The notes under the pieces: model-generated
Told to the model about the DNA's origin: nothing
Database searches by the model: none
The model's input: only the letters and a program-made list of their open reading frames with translations
Part shown: one piece after another, positions 28,472-31,060 of the stretch
Position numbering within the stretch: position 1 is the first letter of the stretch
How the letters are laid out: each line of letters opens with the position of its first letter
Assembly (NCBI GenBank): GCA_048884785.1
Contig: JBHLQM010000030.1
Coordinates: 6,240 to 37,299, forward strand
Reading direction: 5' to 3'
Source: Candidatus Thorarchaeota archaeon
GTDB lineage: Archaea > Asgardarchaeota > Thorarchaeia > Thorarchaeales > Thorarchaeaceae
DNA: 31,060 nt
Translations under genes and position numbers: made by a program

Positions 28472-29755
28472 ATGAAGAAGGCTGTCCTGATGGCCGCGGG
28501 CGACTCCACGCGGATGATGCCACTATCGGCCAATATCCCGAAACATCTCCTCCCTGTGGGGGGCCAACCATTCATCTTTCACACACTGAGAGCCCTACGA
28601 GATGCAGGGATAGAGGATGCACTCATCATCTATGGATACCATGGAGATGTACTACGCGAGGCCGTTGATGCAGTGGACTGGGGGACAATGAAGATCTCAT
28701 ATGTTCACCAGCGCGAGAGAAAGGGAACTGCACATGCTGCAGGACATGCCCGAGAGTTTGCAGGTGATGATGACATCCTTCTGATGAATGGTGATATCAT
28801 GCTTGGTCCGGACACCTTTCCATCGCTCATCAAGGCTCATAGAGAGGGAAGGTTCGAGTTCACGCTCAGTGTTCGGCCTGTTGAGGATCCATCAGACTAT
28901 GGGCTAGTTGTAGTGGAGAAGGGGAGAGCAGTCAATCTCATCGAAAAACCAAAGCCAGACCAGATGATGAGCAACTTGGTTAATGTGGGCCTCTACGCCG
29001 CCGGAAAGAGTCTGTGGGATGCAATTGACAAAACAAAACTATCTGAACGAGGAGAGTATGAAATCACAGAATCGATCATGATGCTAATCAAGGAGGAAAA
29101 AGTGGGAGCGCATACGATTCCGTCATGGTGGCTCGATATCGGCAAGCCATGGGACCTCTTAGATGCCAACGAGAAGGTCCTTAGTAACGCAATGAGAAGA
29201 ATCGAGGGAATTGTAGAGGAAGGAGCAGTCATCAAGGGAAATACCATTGTGGAGCCATCCGCCACAATCAAGAGTGGAGCATACATAGAGGGTCCTGCGT
29301 ACATAGGACCGGAGTGTGTGGTAGGTCCTAACTGCTATATCAGAGCTTTCACATCGCTTGGAGGAAAGGTCAAGATTGGGAATGCAGTTGAAGTAAAGAA
29401 CAGCATAATCATGGACAACACGAATGTAGGACATCTCTCCTACGTCGGAGACTCAATAATTGGGAGGAATTCCAATTTCGGAGCAGGAACTATAACTGCC
29501 AATTTGCGCCATGATGATGGCGCAGTAAAGGTGACCGTCAAGGGAAAGAGAGTCAGTTCTGGGCGACGAAAGCTGGGTGCAATAGTCGCAGACGGTGTCA
29601 AGACGGGGATAGGGACATCCATTGGACCTGGTGTCATACTTCACCAGGGTGCCAGAACAGGTATCGGAGTCATTGTTGAAAAGGACATACCACCTTTTAC
29701 CTTGGTAGTTGCAAAGCAGTCAAAACAAGAGAATGAATTGAAATCGCCTGAATGA
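28472..29755 (+). CDS. glmU: Archaeal bifunctional sugar-1-phosphate nucleotidyltransferase/acetyltransferase (GlmU-like)
   Basis: AVLMAAG.STRM.PL....PK.LLPVG, Q.ERKGTAHA, NGD, IEKP, SERGEYEIT, WLDIGKPWDLL; hexapeptide region VEVKNS, HLSYVGDS, GAGTITANLR, GRRKLGA. Confidence 0.9.
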   Translation: MKKAVLMAAGDSTRMMPLSANIPKHLLPVGGQPFIFHTLRALRDAGIEDALIIYGYHGDVLREAVDAVDWGTMKISYVHQRERKGTAHAAGHAREFAGDDDILLMNGDIMLGPDTFPSLIKAHREGRFEFTLSVRPVEDPSDYGLVVVEKGRAVNLIEKPKPDQMMSNLVNVGLYAAGKSLWDAIDKTKLSERGEYEITESIMMLIKEEKVGAHTIPSWWLDIGKPWDLLDANEKVLSNAMRRIEGIVEEGAVIKGNTIVEPSATIKSGAYIEGPAYIGPECVVGPNCYIRAFTSLGGKVKIGNAVEVKNSIIMDNTNVGHLSYVGDSIIGRNSNFGAGTITANLRHDDGAVKVTVKGKRVSSGRRKLGAIVADGVKTGIGTSIGPGVILHQGARTGIGVIVEKDIPPFTLVVAKQSKQENELKSPE

Positions 29756-29765
29756 GGGGTATGAT

Positions 29766-31060
29766 GTGCCATATGAGGCATTTCGCGAATATAACGTAAT
29801 AGTGAAGGATGCATCGAAGACAGATATTCTGTTTGGCTTATGCTATCCTTCTACTTACAGAGCAGGGATGGCAGGGCTAGCCATCCACCTGTTCTATTCG
29901 TTACTTAACATGAGATCAGATACATCATGTGAACGCTACTTTCGTTATGATACTAGAAGCCCTGTCAACTCGGTAGAAACCGGGCGACCCTTGGCCAGCA
30001 ATCATATCATCGGGTTCTCATTGACCTACGAAGAAGACATTCTCGGTCTAATCCAGATGCTCGACAAAGGAGAAGTGGCAATCAGGACTGAGGATAGAAA
30101 GGATGATGATCCAATAGTCTTAGTGGGAGGGCCTGTTGTTAGTGCAAATCCTGAACCCTATGTGGATTTTGTGGATGCATTCGTAATAGGAGAAGGCGAT
30201 CTGGTCATCCATTCTATTATGGATTCGCTCAGTGATGTGTCATCAAGAGTTGAAGCACTTCAGGCATTATCCGAAATTGAGGGAGTGTATGTACCGGCTA
30301 TCCCTCAAGGGAAGATTGCCAGACTAACTATGCATGATTTTGAGTCACTCTTTCATCCCACATCTCAAGTAATTGCTGATGTGGAAGAAGATTCGAACCT
30401 TGCATCTGTGTTCGGGAGATCACTCTTGGTAGAGGTTAGTAGGGGCTGTGGTCACTCATGCAAGTTCTGTCTGGTGGGTCACATATGCCGTCCTCGAAGA
30501 GTGCGGTCAATTGAGAGGTTACTATCAATCATTGAAACAGGCCTGAAAGAAACTCCAGTCAACAAAGTATCTTTGATTGCATCGTCCCTAGGAGACCTCG
30601 ACAATTTAGAGAATCTTGCAGAGTGGATTGTTGAGAGAGACCTCCAAATCTCAGCACCATCTCTCAGGGCAGATAGAGTGACTCCGACACTCCTAGGTCT
30701 TTTGAAGAAAGGAGGACAACGTACACTTACAATAGCCCCCGAAACAGGGTCCTATCAATTGAGAAAAAAGATGGGAAAGGGACTTGATGATGAGGCCATA
30801 TTCAATGCAGGAACATATGCCAAGGAAGTGGGACTTTCATCCATTAAGGCGTATTTCATTATTGGACTGCCCGACGAAACGGATGAAGATGTAGTGGCAA
30901 TTGGCACAATGGTGAAGAGACTTGCTGAAGAAACAGGTCTCAGAGTCATAGCAAGCGTTAATCCATTCATCCCCAAGGCGCATACTAGGTGGCAACGAGA
31001 GGCACAGACCAATCTAGAGGTCCTTAGAGGCAGGGTCAAATTACTTGAGAAAAGCCTGAG
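29766..31060 (+). CDS. Radical SAM protein with N-terminal B12-binding-like domain (partial, runs off window end; not in ORF track)
   Basis: Manual translation from GTG 29766 (GAGGGG upstream): MPYEAFREYN...LCYPSTYRAGM...GFSLTYE...VGGPVVSANPEP...FVIGEGD...EVSRGCGHSCKFC (CxxxCxxC at 30447-30470)...SLRAD...TIAPETGS...YFIIGLPDET...NPFIPK; open to the window end. Confidence 0.9.
   Translation, partial: MPYEAFREYNVIVKDASKTDILFGLCYPSTYRAGMAGLAIHLFYSLLNMRSDTSCERYFRYDTRSPVNSVETGRPLASNHIIGFSLTYEEDILGLIQMLDKGEVAIRTEDRKDDDPIVLVGGPVVSANPEPYVDFVDAFVIGEGDLVIHSIMDSLSDVSSRVEALQALSEIEGVYVPAIPQGKIARLTMHDFESLFHPTSQVIADVEEDSNLASVFGRSLLVEVSRGCGHSCKFCLVGHICRPRRVRSIERLLSIIETGLKETPVNKVSLIASSLGDLDNLENLAEWIVERDLQISAPSLRADRVTPTLLGLLKKGGQRTLTIAPETGSYQLRKKMGKGLDDEAIFNAGTYAKEVGLSSIKAYFIIGLPDETDEDVVAIGTMVKRLAEETGLRVIASVNPFIPKAHTRWQREAQTNLEVLRGRVKLLEKSL

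Overview
Gene-dense archaeal core-genome window. A ribophorin-I-like gene, archaeal information-processing genes, a BHB tRNA intron and GGTGA/GGAGG ribosome-binding motifs point to an Asgard archaeon (Thorarchaeia-like is my best guess, unverified). In order: partial gcvPA; trm112 and an intron-containing tRNA-Gln(TTG); an HD phosphohydrolase; a 984-aa type-I membrane protein; a DPAGT1/AglH-type GlcNAc-1-P transferase; top6A-top6B-Dim2-Rio1-aIF1A-NMD3-DUF424-aIF2beta-RPA2-like-FEN1; Zn-ribbon-aEF1beta-CDC48-wHTH-RibL; a GT-C-like membrane protein; a PUA/PAPS-reductase-like Fe-S protein; tungsten AOR; DeoC; a PRC-barrel protein; Hef; two wHTH regulators; GlmU; and a partial radical SAM gene. 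No CRISPR array or mobile element was seen. The strongest candidate for a new system is the 984-aa protein: a ribophorin I (OST1) homologue carrying an N-terminal DOMON-like domain with an FKBP prolyl isomerase inserted inside it, plus an Ig-like domain, encoded head-to-head with the first enzyme of lipid-linked N-glycan synthesis. This looks like a single-polypeptide glycosylation/folding module. Second is a deoC-aor operon whose DeoC carries a C-terminal CxxC-x21-CxxC extension. All domain calls are by-eye motif recognition; no searches were run.
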